From: Escherichia coli
GTDB taxonomy: Bacteria > Pseudomonadota > Gammaproteobacteria > Enterobacterales > Enterobacteriaceae
Length of the DNA stretch: 64,000 nucleotides
NCBI RefSeq assembly: GCF_003790525.1
Contig: NZ_CP033635.1
Direction: 5' to 3' (one strand)
Shown here: positions 21,132 through 36,305 of the stretch, piece by piece
Layout: each line of letters opens with the position of its first letter
How positions within the stretch are numbered: the first letter of the stretch is position 1
Position numbers and translations under genes: made by a program
Notes under the pieces: model-generated
The model's database searches: none
What the model was told of the DNA's origin: nothing
Seen by the model: the letters and a program-made list of their open reading frames with translations, nothing else

Positions 21132-22118
21132 TTACACTACGCCTGCACGCAGTAAATCATGCATATGTAACACACCGAGTAAATGGTCGCCATCGGCAAC
21201 CATCACGGAGGTGATATGGCGGGACTGCATTAAGTTCAGTGCCTCAACGGCCAGAATGCCAGGGCGCACACGTATTCCCCCCGGCGTCATCACATCGGCA
21301 ATACTTAACTGACGAACATCCACGCCCATATCGAAGACACGGCGTAAATCACCGTCGGTAAAGATGCCTTCAATCATCATATTGTCATCGCAAATGACAG
21401 TCATACCAAGATTTTTGCGGGTAACTTCCAGCAACGCGTCACGCAGACTGGCCGTTTTCTTAACATGCGGGATCTCATCGCCCGTATGCATAATATCGTT
21501 TACGCGCAGCAGAAGTTTACGACCCAGTGCGCCGCCTGGGTGTGAGAGCGCAAAATCTTCAGCAGTAAAGCCGCGTGCTTTTAACAGCGCGACAGCGAGG
21601 GCATCGCCCATAACCAGCGTGGCGGTGGTGCTGCTGGTCGGTGCCAGCCCTAACGGACAGGCTTCTTTCGCTACTTTAACACACAGATGCACATCTGCGG
21701 CGCGCGCCATGCTGCTCTCCGGGCGACCGGTGATGCAGATTAACGGTACGTGAAGACGCTTAAGCACTGGAATTAAGGCCGTGATTTCGCTGGATTCACC
21801 TGAGTTAGAGATAGCAATCACCACATCCTGTGGGGTGACCATGCCTAAATCACCATGCGCGGCTTCACCAGGATGGACGAAAAATGAAGGTGTACCGGTG
21901 CTGGCAAACGTTGCCGCCATTTTGCGCCCGATGTGCCCCGATTTCCCCATCCCCATGACGACAACTTTCCCTTTACACCAGAACATCTTTTCACAGGCAA
22001 GCGTGAAATTCTGATTGATGTATTGATCAAGCTCCGCCAGGCATTCACGTTCAATCGCCAGGACTTCTTTACCTGCTTGCTGAAAGTCAAAACCCGGTTG
22101 TAACTCTACGTGCGACAT
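21132..22118 (-). CDS. kdsD: arabinose 5-phosphate isomerase
   Basis: ORF contains MSHVELQPGFDFQQAGKEVLAIERECL...; SIS plus CBS domains; 328 aa. Confidence 0.93.
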   Translation of the reverse strand: MSHVELQPGFDFQQAGKEVLAIERECLAELDQYINQNFTLACEKMFWCKGKVVVMGMGKSGHIGRKMAATFASTGTPSFFVHPGEAAHGDLGMVTPQDVVIAISNSGESSEITALIPVLKRLHVPLICITGRPESSMARAADVHLCVKVAKEACPLGLAPTSSTTATLVMGDALAVALLKARGFTAEDFALSHPGGALGRKLLLRVNDIMHTGDEIPHVKKTASLRDALLEVTRKNLGMTVICDDNMMIEGIFTDGDLRRVFDMGVDVRQLSIADVMTPGGIRVRPGILAVEALNLMQSRHITSVMVADGDHLLGVLHMHDLLRAGVV

Positions 22119-22131
22119 AATGCGTTTCCAG

Positions 22132-23109
22132 TTATTCAACGAGTATTGGCGATAACCAGTACAACATCGCCAGCCATACGATAAATCCGCCAGTTAATAA
22201 TACCCCTACACCACGGCCCGATTGCGGGGAGCGCCGCCAGCACAGCAACGCAAAAATAATGCTCACCAGCAACATCACGCTGTAGTCACGACTGTACGCC
22301 AGTGGATCAATCTCTCCTGGCGTTATCAGCGCGGGTAAACCCAACACGATGACAATATTAAAGATGTTTGCGCCAATAATATTTCCGACCGCAATGTCGT
22401 TTTCACCTTTGCGAACCCCCGCTATTGCGGTTGCCAGTTCCGGCAGGCTGGTTCCGATAGCAATTGCCGTCAGACCCATCGTCAACTCGCTGATGGCAAA
22501 GTAATTCGCCAGCACCGTGGCGTTATCAACCACCATCCGCGTGGCCACTGGCATGATGATAAGCGCAATGCCGAGCCATAAAAACGCGACGGGCAATCCG
22601 CCGTCACGCGGCAGCTCTGCAAGCTGCTCTCTGGTCAGGCTGTCAGTCCCCTGACGTTCAGCCTGACGTGCAAGTTTAACAATGAACAGCAGCCATAGCA
22701 CAGCCAGAAAGAGGAGAAAGATACCATCGCTGCGACTAAGTTGTCCGTCATAGAGTACGGAACCGGCCACCACGCTGACCAACAACATTAAGGGTAATTC
22801 ACGGCGTAGAACATCGGAATGGACGGTAAAAGGACGAACCAGCGCAGCCAGACCGAGGATCAGCAATATATTGATAATGTTTGAGCCGAGGGCTGTACCA
22901 ACGGCTAAATCGCGTTGTTCGTGCAGAGACGCGGCAAGCGAGACGATGATTTCTGGTAACGATGTACCAATACTGACCACCGTCATGCCGATGATTAGCG
23001 GCGGGATGCCAAAGGTTCGGCAAAGAATAGACGCGGCAAAAACCAGGCGGTCGGCACTGTAAACGACCAAAAGTAAACCAACAATTAACAGTGCCGTAGC
23101 TAAAAGCAT
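22132..23109 (-). CDS. yrbG: putative Na+/Ca2+ antiporter family inner membrane protein
   Basis: 325-aa hydrophobic ORF with duplicated GTSLPE motifs. Confidence 0.88.
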   Translation of the reverse strand: MLLATALLIVGLLLVVYSADRLVFAASILCRTFGIPPLIIGMTVVSIGTSLPEIIVSLAASLHEQRDLAVGTALGSNIINILLILGLAALVRPFTVHSDVLRRELPLMLLVSVVAGSVLYDGQLSRSDGIFLLFLAVLWLLFIVKLARQAERQGTDSLTREQLAELPRDGGLPVAFLWLGIALIIMPVATRMVVDNATVLANYFAISELTMGLTAIAIGTSLPELATAIAGVRKGENDIAVGNIIGANIFNIVIVLGLPALITPGEIDPLAYSRDYSVMLLVSIIFALLCWRRSPQSGRGVGVLLTGGFIVWLAMLYWLSPILVE

Positions 23110-23318
23110 CTAACGTCCTTTCTTCAGGTATACTCGCCGGTCCGCTGAAGATTTTCAGAAAGCCGTAACGGATTCTTAATTTTGACTTTATGCGGCTAAA
23201 AAGTAAAACAAATGCCAGCTTTCGCTAACCACGGCGGGTAATATTCTGTAAATATGTTGGGTTCAAGGTTAAATTGAGCGCCATGCTTAGAAAATCAACG
23301 CAAGACGAAGGGTGAATT

Positions 23319-24918
<1,600 letters not shown>

Positions 24919-24922
24919 GTTC

Positions 24923-25474
24923 ATGCAAACGAAAAAAAATGAAATTTGGGTGGGTATCTTTTTATTAGCAGCACTGCTTGCGGCGCTTTTTGTTTGCCTG
25001 AAGGCAGCGAACGTGACGTCTATACGTACTGAACCGACCTATACGCTTTATGCGACGTTCGATAACATTGGCGGCCTGAAAGCGCGCTCTCCGGTCAGCA
25101 TTGGTGGCGTTGTTGTGGGCCGGGTGGCGGATATTACGCTGGACCCGAAAACCTATCTGCCACGCGTAACGCTGGAAATTGAACAACGTTATAACCACAT
25201 TCCTGATACCAGTTCGCTGAGCATTCGTACTTCCGGCCTGCTGGGGGAACAATATCTGGCATTAAACGTCGGTTTTGAAGACCCGGAACTGGGGACTGCT
25301 ATCCTGAAGGATGGCGATACAATTCAGGACACCAAGTCTGCGATGGTGCTGGAAGATCTCATTGGTCAGTTCCTTTACGGTAGTAAAGGCGATGACAATA
25401 AGAATAGTGGCGATGCGCCTGCTGCTGCGCCAGGTAATAATGAAACCACTGAACCTGTGGGTACAACGAAATAA
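24923..25474 (+). CDS. mlaD: MCE-domain phospholipid-binding protein MlaD
   Basis: ORF contains MQTKKNEIWVGIFLLAALLAALFVCLKAANV..., 183 aa. Confidence 0.9.
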   Translation: MQTKKNEIWVGIFLLAALLAALFVCLKAANVTSIRTEPTYTLYATFDNIGGLKARSPVSIGGVVVGRVADITLDPKTYLPRVTLEIEQRYNHIPDTSSLSIRTSGLLGEQYLALNVGFEDPELGTAILKDGDTIQDTKSAMVLEDLIGQFLYGSKGDDNKNSGDAPAAAPGNNETTEPVGTTK

Positions 25475-26127
<653 letters not shown>

Positions 26128-26128
<1 letters not shown>

Positions 26129-26421
26129 TGAGCGAGTCACTGAGCTGGATGCAGACGGGTGACACGCTGGCGCTATCCGGAGAGCTGGATCAGGACGTTC
26201 TGCTACCGCTTTGGGAAATGCGTGAGGAAGCGGTGAAGGGGATTACCTGCATCGATCTTAGCCGTGTGTCCCGCGTGGATACGGGTGGACTGGCACTGCT
26301 GCTCCATCTTATCGATCTGGCGAAAAAGCAGGGCAACAATGTGACGCTTCAGGGGGTAAACGACAAAGTGTATACCCTCGCGAAATTGTATAATTTGCCT
26401 GCTGATGTTCTGCCTCGTTAA
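26128..26421 (+). CDS. mlaB: STAS-domain protein MlaB
   Basis: ORF contains MSESLSWMQTGDTLALSGELDQDVLLP...; start overlaps the mlaC stop (TAATG). Confidence 0.88.
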
Positions 26422-26580
26422 ATTTTTTCAGGCCGGATATGGCGTTAACCGCCTGTCCGGCAAACCTGCCTGCAAGTCGAGCCTTGTCTGATTTATCAGC
26501 GAGGCTTTTTGCTTATTTATGCCAGCGCAACTTTGCTCTAAGATGTTTCGCTGATTTATTAACTGATGATTGAAGATCCC

Positions 26581-26835
26581 ATGGAAAATAATGAAATTCA
26601 GAGCGTGTTGATGAACGCTCTCTCCCTCCAGGAAGTCCACGTTTCCGGCGATGGCAGCCACTTTCAGGTTATTGCCGTGGGTGAGTTGTTTGACGGCATG
26701 AGTCGGGTTAAAAAACAGCAGACGGTCTATGGCCCGCTGATGGAATATATTGCGGATAACCGCATTCATGCTGTGTCGATCAAAGCGTATACCCCTGCGG
26801 AGTGGGCGCGCGATCGCAAACTGAACGGCTTTTGA
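26581..26835 (+). CDS. ibaG: BolA-family acid stress protein IbaG
   Basis: ORF contains [34 protein letters not shown]..., 84 aa. Confidence 0.88.
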
Positions 26836-26889
26836 GCTATGGGCGATTCGCCGGTAGCGGATATGAATTGTTAACTGAGAACAAACTAA

Positions 26890-28149
<1,260 letters not shown>

Positions 28150-28196
28150 TTGTCTGAGAGCTGGCAGCCCCGTTCGCGGGGCTACCGCCAGACCAC

Positions 28197-28475
28197 TCAT
28201 TTTTTCGGTTTAGTGTAGCTACGCATCAACTGCGTTCTGTCGATAAACTCATGGGTCTGCGGATCATGGTAGCGAGATGGCCAGATAATCCAGGGGTCAG
28301 TTCCCAGGGCTTTCGCAATAATCATCTCTCCTTTCGGCCAGGGGCGCGATAATGCGTTCGCCAGCGTTGAGGAACTCAAACCATTTCTGCGAGATTCCGC
28401 CGCCATTGACGTTCCCTTCTTGCGCAAACCCGCAATGATGTCAGCGGGATGCCAGTCAATGAAATTACTTTCCAT
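28197..28475 (-). CDS. sfsB: Ner-like DNA-binding protein SfsB (Nlp)
   Basis: 92-aa ORF MESNFIDWHPADIIAGLRKKGTSMAAESRRNGLSSSTLANAL... Confidence 0.9.
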   Translation of the reverse strand: MESNFIDWHPADIIAGLRKKGTSMAAESRRNGLSSSTLANALSRPWPKGEMIIAKALGTDPWIIWPSRYHDPQTHEFIDRTQLMRSYTKPKK

Positions 28476-28703
28476 CTTTCCTCACTCCTTAAGTTAGTCG
28501 CTTTCATTCAGAACACTTCTTCTGTCGAGCATCACTATACTCCTGATGGCCTATTGCTCTAAAAAGTTCCTGTAAAGAGTGTGAATATTCAGAATATATA
28601 AAGATACATACACTGGTTTTTCAGGCGTTATTGCGCTGAATAAGTGTTTTTATGGAACTTATTGGAATCATCCCGCGCACTGCGCGGGATGAGGGGGAGG
28701 GGA

Positions 28704-29675
28704 TTAACGATCGCGTTGAACAGCGATGTGCGCGAGGCCGATGAGTGCTTCTCGCCACGGGGTGTCCGGGAGCACCTGTAACGCTGCGATGGCTTTGTCT
28801 GCTTCTTCCTCGGCACGCTGACGCGTCCATTCAAGAGATCCACAAGCGTTCATTGCTTCCAGAACCGGTTCCAGAAGATGGCGACCGTTACCCTGTTCGA
28901 TGGCGGTACGAATCATCTGTGCCTGTTCTGGTGTGCCATGATGCATTGCATGCAGCAGCGGCAGCGTCGGTTTACCTTCGTTCAGATCGTCGCCGATGTT
29001 TTTACCTAACTGTTCGCCATCGGCATTGTAATCGAGTAAATCGTCGATCAACTGGAAAGCAGTGCCGAGATAGCGCCCATAATCCTGCAGGCCTTTCTCC
29101 TCCTCCGGCGTACAGCCAGCCAGAATCCCGGAACACTGCGCGGCAGCCTCAAACAGACGCGCGGTTTTGCTATAGATAACGCGCATGTAGTTTTCTTCAG
29201 TGATGTCCGGATCGTTAACGTTCATCAGTTGCAGAACTTCACCTTCTGCGATGACGTTTACGGCTTCTGACATGACTTCCAGCACTTTGAGCGAGCCGAG
29301 GCTGGTCATCATCTGGAACGCGCGGGTATAAATAAAATCGCCTACCAGCACGCTGGCGGCATTGCCAAATGCGGCGTTGGCGGTAGCTTTACCCCTGCGC
29401 ATATCTGATTCATCCACAACGTCGTCGTGCAGCAGAGTCGCCGTGTGGATAAACTCGATCAGGGCAGCAATGGTGACATGCGCATTTCCCTCATAGCCAA
29501 CAGCTCGTGCAGCCAGTACAGCAATCATCGGACGAATACGTTTACCGCCGCCGCTGACGATGTAATAGCCTAACTGATTGATCAGTTGGACGTCGGAATT
29601 AAGCTGCTCAAGGATTGCCGCATTAACACCCGCCATATCTTGCGCGGTTAACTCATTGATTTTTTCTAAATTCAT
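28704..29675 (-). CDS. ispB: octaprenyl diphosphate synthase
   Basis: 323-aa ORF with DDxxD motifs (LLHDDVVDESD; IDDLLDY). Confidence 0.95.
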   Translation of the reverse strand: MNLEKINELTAQDMAGVNAAILEQLNSDVQLINQLGYYIVSGGGKRIRPMIAVLAARAVGYEGNAHVTIAALIEFIHTATLLHDDVVDESDMRRGKATANAAFGNAASVLVGDFIYTRAFQMMTSLGSLKVLEVMSEAVNVIAEGEVLQLMNVNDPDITEENYMRVIYSKTARLFEAAAQCSGILAGCTPEEEKGLQDYGRYLGTAFQLIDDLLDYNADGEQLGKNIGDDLNEGKPTLPLLHAMHHGTPEQAQMIRTAIEQGNGRHLLEPVLEAMNACGSLEWTRQRAEEEADKAIAALQVLPDTPWREALIGLAHIAVQRDR

Positions 29676-29832
29676 CGCAAAAGCCGGGCTTTTCGCCCCG
29701 ATTACCTTACTGTGAACAAAGGCAACTTAGGGTTTATGGTTAGGAATATAGGGTGATTGTACTGAAAAAATGGCACAGATAAACGTTACCGTACAAGTTG
29801 TGTTTTTTTTCTTCGTGTATTGACTGTAGCAC

Positions 29833-29861
29833 TTGTCAAAGGCGTGCGTTTTGCGTAATAT
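29833..29861 (+). promoter_or_regulatory. candidate sigma70 promoter of rplU-rpmA (TTGTCA, 17-nt spacer, TAATAT)
   Basis: Hexamer match about 70 nt upstream of rplU; motif only. Confidence 0.35.
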
Positions 29862-29897
29862 TCGCGCCCTATTGTGAATATTTATAGCGCACTCTGA

Positions 29898-30523
<626 letters not shown>

Positions 30524-30550
30524 GTTTTTCGCGTCCCGGTAACGGATGAA

Positions 30551-30578
30551 AGCCCCGCAACACGTTGCGGGGCTTTTT
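30551..30578 (+). terminator. intrinsic terminator after rpmA
   Basis: agccccgcaa-cacg-ttgcggggct hairpin followed by TTTTT. Confidence 0.75.
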
Positions 30579-30649
30579 ACATTCGATAACCGGTAAAAAT
30601 GCGCATGGTGCGACGTTAATCCGCAAATGCGCTTTGCAGGGAATACGGT

Positions 30650-31615
30650 ATGAAGCAGCAGGCAGGCATTGGCATTCTTTTGGCGCTCACCACAGCAATT
30701 TGCTGGGGGGCGTTGCCAATCGCAATGAAGCAGGTGCTGGAGGTGATGGAACCTCCGACAATCGTGTTTTACCGTTTCTTGATGGCGAGTATTGGCCTTG
30801 GTGCCATTCTTGCGGTGAAGAAGAGGTTGCCGCCATTACGCGTGTTTCGTAAGCCACGCTGGTTGATTTTGTTGGCAGTGGCGACCGCCGGGCTGTTTGG
30901 GAACTTCATCCTGTTCAGCTCATCCTTGCAATACCTGAGTCCGACCGCTTCGCAGGTGATTGGGCAACTCTCGCCAGTTGGCATGATGGTTGCCAGCGTA
31001 TTTATCCTGAAAGAGAAAATGCGCAGCACTCAGGTTGTAGGGGCATTGATGCTCCTGAGCGGCCTGGTGATGTTTTTTAACACCAGTCTGGTCGAGATAT
31101 TTACCAAGCTCACCGATTACACCTGGGGAGTAATCTTTGGGGTCGGTGCGGCGACGGTGTGGGTGAGTTATGGCGTGGCGCAAAAGGTTTTATTGCGTCG
31201 GCTGGCCTCACCGCAGATCCTGTTTTTACTGTACACTTTATGTACAATTGCGCTCTTCCCTCTGGCAAAGCCTGGAGTGATAGCGCAGCTTAGCCACTGG
31301 CAGCTCGCATGTTTAATTTTTTGCGGACTGAATACATTGGTAGGATATGGCGCCCTGGCGGAAGCGATGGCTCGCTGGCAGGCAGCGCAGGTGAGCGCGA
31401 TCATCACGCTCACCCCACTGTTTACGCTGTTTTTTTCAGATCTTTTATCACTGGCCTGGCCCGATTTCTTCGCCAGACCGATGTTAAACCTTTTAGGTTA
31501 TCTCGGTGCGTTTGTCGTGGTTGCGGGCGCGATGTATTCCGCCATTGGTCATCGTATTTGGGGCGGATTACGTAAGCATACAACGGTGGTATCGCAACCC
31601 CGCGCAGGCGAATGA
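30650..31615 (+). CDS. yhbE: EamA/DMT-family inner membrane transporter YhbE
   Basis: 321-aa polytopic membrane ORF. Confidence 0.88.
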   Translation: MKQQAGIGILLALTTAICWGALPIAMKQVLEVMEPPTIVFYRFLMASIGLGAILAVKKRLPPLRVFRKPRWLILLAVATAGLFGNFILFSSSLQYLSPTASQVIGQLSPVGMMVASVFILKEKMRSTQVVGALMLLSGLVMFFNTSLVEIFTKLTDYTWGVIFGVGAATVWVSYGVAQKVLLRRLASPQILFLLYTLCTIALFPLAKPGVIAQLSHWQLACLIFCGLNTLVGYGALAEAMARWQAAQVSAIITLTPLFTLFFSDLLSLAWPDFFARPMLNLLGYLGAFVVVAGAMYSAIGHRIWGGLRKHTTVVSQPRAGE

Positions 31616-32803
<1,188 letters not shown>

Positions 32804-32808
32804 TCAGC

Positions 32809-32840
32809 AAAACCCCGGCCATGCGCCGGGGTTTCTCTTT
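32809..32840. terminator. bidirectional terminator hairpin between convergent obgE and dacB
   Basis: AAAA-ccccggc-catgc-gccgggg-TTTCTCTTT: 7-bp GC stem flanked by an A run and a T-rich run. Confidence 0.65.
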
Positions 32841-32843
32841 AGA

Positions 32844-34277
32844 CTAATTGTTCTGGTAAATATCTTTATACAAACGGCTTTCAAAACGTACCAACGGAAT
32901 ACGGCGATTACGCTGATCCGCCGGTTCTACTGCATAGCCAGAAAGATATTGTACAAACGCCATTCGTTGCCCGCTCGCCGTGGTAATGAATCCCGCCAGG
33001 TTATATACCCCCTGCAACGAGCCGGTTTTCGCTGAGACTTTGCCATCCACGCCCGCCTGATGCAGACCTGCACGGTACTGCAAAGAGCCGTCATAGCCCG
33101 CCAGCGGCAGCATAGAGATAAAGTTAAGTTCATTGTCGTGTTGGGCTATGTATTGCAGCACCTGCATCATGGTGGCGGGGGCAATCAGGTTATGCCGCGA
33201 AAGCCCTGAACCATCGGCAATAATGGTGTTACCAATATCGACACCGGCTTGCTGGCGCAGGATCTGACGCACGGCGTCCGACCCGGCCCGCCATGTTCCA
33301 GGCACATTGAAGCGCGCATGGCCGATCATGCGGAAAACCGTATCGGCAATCATGTTGTCCGACTTTTTCAGCATAATCTTAAGCAGATCGTGCAGCGGGG
33401 CCGACTGTTTACTGGCAACTACCGTTCCAGGTTCGTTAACTTGAGTCTGGCGCAGCAGTGTTCCGCTCCAGGTGATACCCGCCTGTTTTAACTCATCTTT
33501 CAGAATTGCCCCGGCATAGCTGGCACCATCCTGCACGGCAAAAGCCAACGGGAGCGGCTCAGAACGTTGTGGCAGGCATCCGGTCAGCGTAAAGCGGTTC
33601 AGGTCGCCTGGCACCACATCCAGCTCGCAGTATTGCGCTTCGGCAGAACCACGGGGGAGGGTGCGTACCTGGCTGAACATCGTAACGGGGTAATAAGATG
33701 CCACGCGTATAAAAGCCATATCACCAGGTTTTGGGGCACTATAGAGCGAGACGGAGAAACAGTTGCGGTCAACTATGGCGGCGGCAGGCGGAGCGCTAAA
33801 GCATTGTGTCATGTCATTCCATGGCCAGCCGGGGGCTTTATCGTGGCTGGCGAAAATGGAGGTATCTATCAACACATTGCCATCGATTTGGTTGACGCCA
33901 GATTTTTTCAAAGTCGCGACCATATTGCGAATATCCTGACGTTTTAACGTCGGATCGGCACCAAATCGCGCTACTAAGTCACCCTTAAGTACACCGTTTT
34001 CCACATTACCTTTGGTTTCAAGCGTCGTGGTAAAACGAAAATCGGGGCCGAGTTGAATCAACGCCGCCAGCGCAGTAATCACTTTCTGCGTACTGGCGGG
34101 CAGCGCCATCTGCTGACTGTGGTAATCAATAGCGGGGGCCGACGCGCCGACTTTTTGCACCATCAGGGCAAGGTTGGCACCAGCGGGGAGTTGAGTAATG
34201 TACTCATCAACATTTGCGGCCTGAACACTGAACGCTATACAGCTGGTCAATCCGATGATAAATCTGGAAAATCGCAT
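32844..34277 (-). CDS. dacB: D-alanyl-D-alanine carboxypeptidase/endopeptidase PBP4
   Basis: 477-aa ORF with signal peptide and STQK active-site motif. Confidence 0.96.
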   Translation of the reverse strand: MRFSRFIIGLTSCIAFSVQAANVDEYITQLPAGANLALMVQKVGASAPAIDYHSQQMALPASTQKVITALAALIQLGPDFRFTTTLETKGNVENGVLKGDLVARFGADPTLKRQDIRNMVATLKKSGVNQIDGNVLIDTSIFASHDKAPGWPWNDMTQCFSAPPAAAIVDRNCFSVSLYSAPKPGDMAFIRVASYYPVTMFSQVRTLPRGSAEAQYCELDVVPGDLNRFTLTGCLPQRSEPLPLAFAVQDGASYAGAILKDELKQAGITWSGTLLRQTQVNEPGTVVASKQSAPLHDLLKIMLKKSDNMIADTVFRMIGHARFNVPGTWRAGSDAVRQILRQQAGVDIGNTIIADGSGLSRHNLIAPATMMQVLQYIAQHDNELNFISMLPLAGYDGSLQYRAGLHQAGVDGKVSAKTGSLQGVYNLAGFITTASGQRMAFVQYLSGYAVEPADQRNRRIPLVRFESRLYKDIYQNN

Positions 34278-34396
34278 AATCTCGCGCTAACAACCTGGAA
34301 TCGAGCCGTCATACTACGGCGCAACGCCCTATAAAGTAAACGATGACCCTTCGGGAACTTCAGGGTAAAATGACTATCAAAATGTGAATTGTAGCT

Positions 34397-34431
34397 GACC
34401 TGGGACCTGTACCCGGGTCGGTATTTTTTTT
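34397..34431 (+). terminator. intrinsic terminator/attenuator in the greA leader (GraL-type leader RNA)
   Basis: gaccuggg / cccggguc 8-bp stem with one G-U pair, then 8 T's, about 95 nt upstream of the greA start. Confidence 0.6.
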
Positions 34432-34525
34432 GCTTCTGGTCCCGGTGAGGAGTTATGCCGGGCAGGCCGAACAGCCGGGGTGGGTGAAGACTTGCCCCAT
34501 CAGGAATATTCAAGAGGTATAACAA

Positions 34526-35002
<477 letters not shown>

Positions 35003-35043
35003 GAATTACCCAATACTCAAGATGTTGATGTATTGTAAAGAAA

Positions 35044-35068
35044 GGAAAAAGGCCGCTATGCGGCCTTT
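35044..35068 (+). terminator. intrinsic terminator after greA
   Basis: A run, aggccgc-tat-gcggcct hairpin, then TTTT. Confidence 0.7.
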
Positions 35069-35157
35069 TATCAACGAACAGAGCGTGGCATTTTGCTCTC
35101 CTGCCTGCGGAAAAACCCTCGTTTTACACAGCGAATGTGTGTAACTTTAGGATAATC

Positions 35158-35451
35158 TTAGCGTGGCAGCGAGATTTTACGTTCTTTAGTTGGGCGATAA
35201 AGCACCAGCGTTTTACCGATGACCTGTACATTACAGGCGCCGGTTTCGCGCACGATAGCTTCCACGATCAAGGTTTTAGTTTCGCGATCTTCGGTGGCGA
35301 TTTTCACCTTGATGAGTTCATGGTGCTCTAACGCTTGTTCAATCTCGGCCAGCACCCCTTCGGTCAAACCATTACTGCCAAGCAGAACAACTGGCTTGAG
35401 CGGATGTGCCAGACCTTTCAGGTGCTGTTTTTGTTTAGTACTCAGATTCAT
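35158..35451 (-). CDS. yhbY: RNA-binding protein YhbY (CRS1 domain)
   Basis: 97-aa ORF MNLSTKQKQHLKGLAHPLKPVVLLGSNGLTEGVLAEIEQALEHHELIKVK... Confidence 0.93.
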   Translation of the reverse strand: MNLSTKQKQHLKGLAHPLKPVVLLGSNGLTEGVLAEIEQALEHHELIKVKIATEDRETKTLIVEAIVRETGACNVQVIGKTLVLYRPTKERKISLPR

Positions 35452-35576
35452 CGTATTTTTTGCTTACGTTGGGATTGAAAACGGGTCATTCTACCGCCAT
35501 CTCCCATATATCACCAAATAGGCGCGTAAAAATTTACGCAATTGGTTACGATGAGTTATCCCCATGGGAAAGTTAA

Positions 35577-36206
35577 ATGACAGGTAAGAAGCGTTCTGCC
35601 AGCTCCAGCCGCTGGCTTCAGGAACACTTTAGCGATAAATATGTTCAACAGGCACAGAAAAAGGGGTTACGTTCCCGTGCCTGGTTTAAACTTGATGAAA
35701 TACAGCAAAGTGACAAACTCTTTAAACCGGGAATGACGGTTGTCGACCTTGGTGCTGCGCCAGGTGGTTGGTCACAATATGTGGTCACCCAAATTGGCGG
35801 CAAAGGCCGTATCATCGCTTGCGATCTTTTACCTATGGATCCTATCGTTGGTGTGGACTTTCTTCAGGGCGATTTTCGTGATGAACTGGTGATGAAAGCA
35901 CTGCTGGAGCGCGTAGGCGACAGCAAAGTCCAGGTTGTCATGTCCGATATGGCACCAAACATGAGCGGAACACCGGCGGTGGATATCCCCCGTGCCATGT
36001 ATCTGGTGGAACTGGCGCTAGAAATGTGTCGTGATGTATTAGCGCCAGGTGGCAGTTTTGTAGTGAAGGTGTTCCAGGGCGAAGGTTTCGATGAGTATCT
36101 AAGGGAAATTCGCTCCCTGTTTACGAAGGTCAAAGTTCGTAAGCCGGACTCTTCTCGTGCACGTTCACGGGAAGTGTATATTGTAGCGACCGGGCGTAAA
36201 CCCTAA
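35577..36206 (+). CDS. rlmE: 23S rRNA 2'-O-ribose U2552 methyltransferase
   Basis: 209-aa ORF with SAM-binding motif [13 protein letters not shown]. Confidence 0.96.
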
Positions 36207-36305
36207 CCGGGAGATTTCAGACGAAAGTTTGAAAGATGCTGGATATAGAGTATCCTGACGCTGTTTTTAACACAGTTGTAATAAGAGGTTAATCCCTTGA
36301 GTGAC

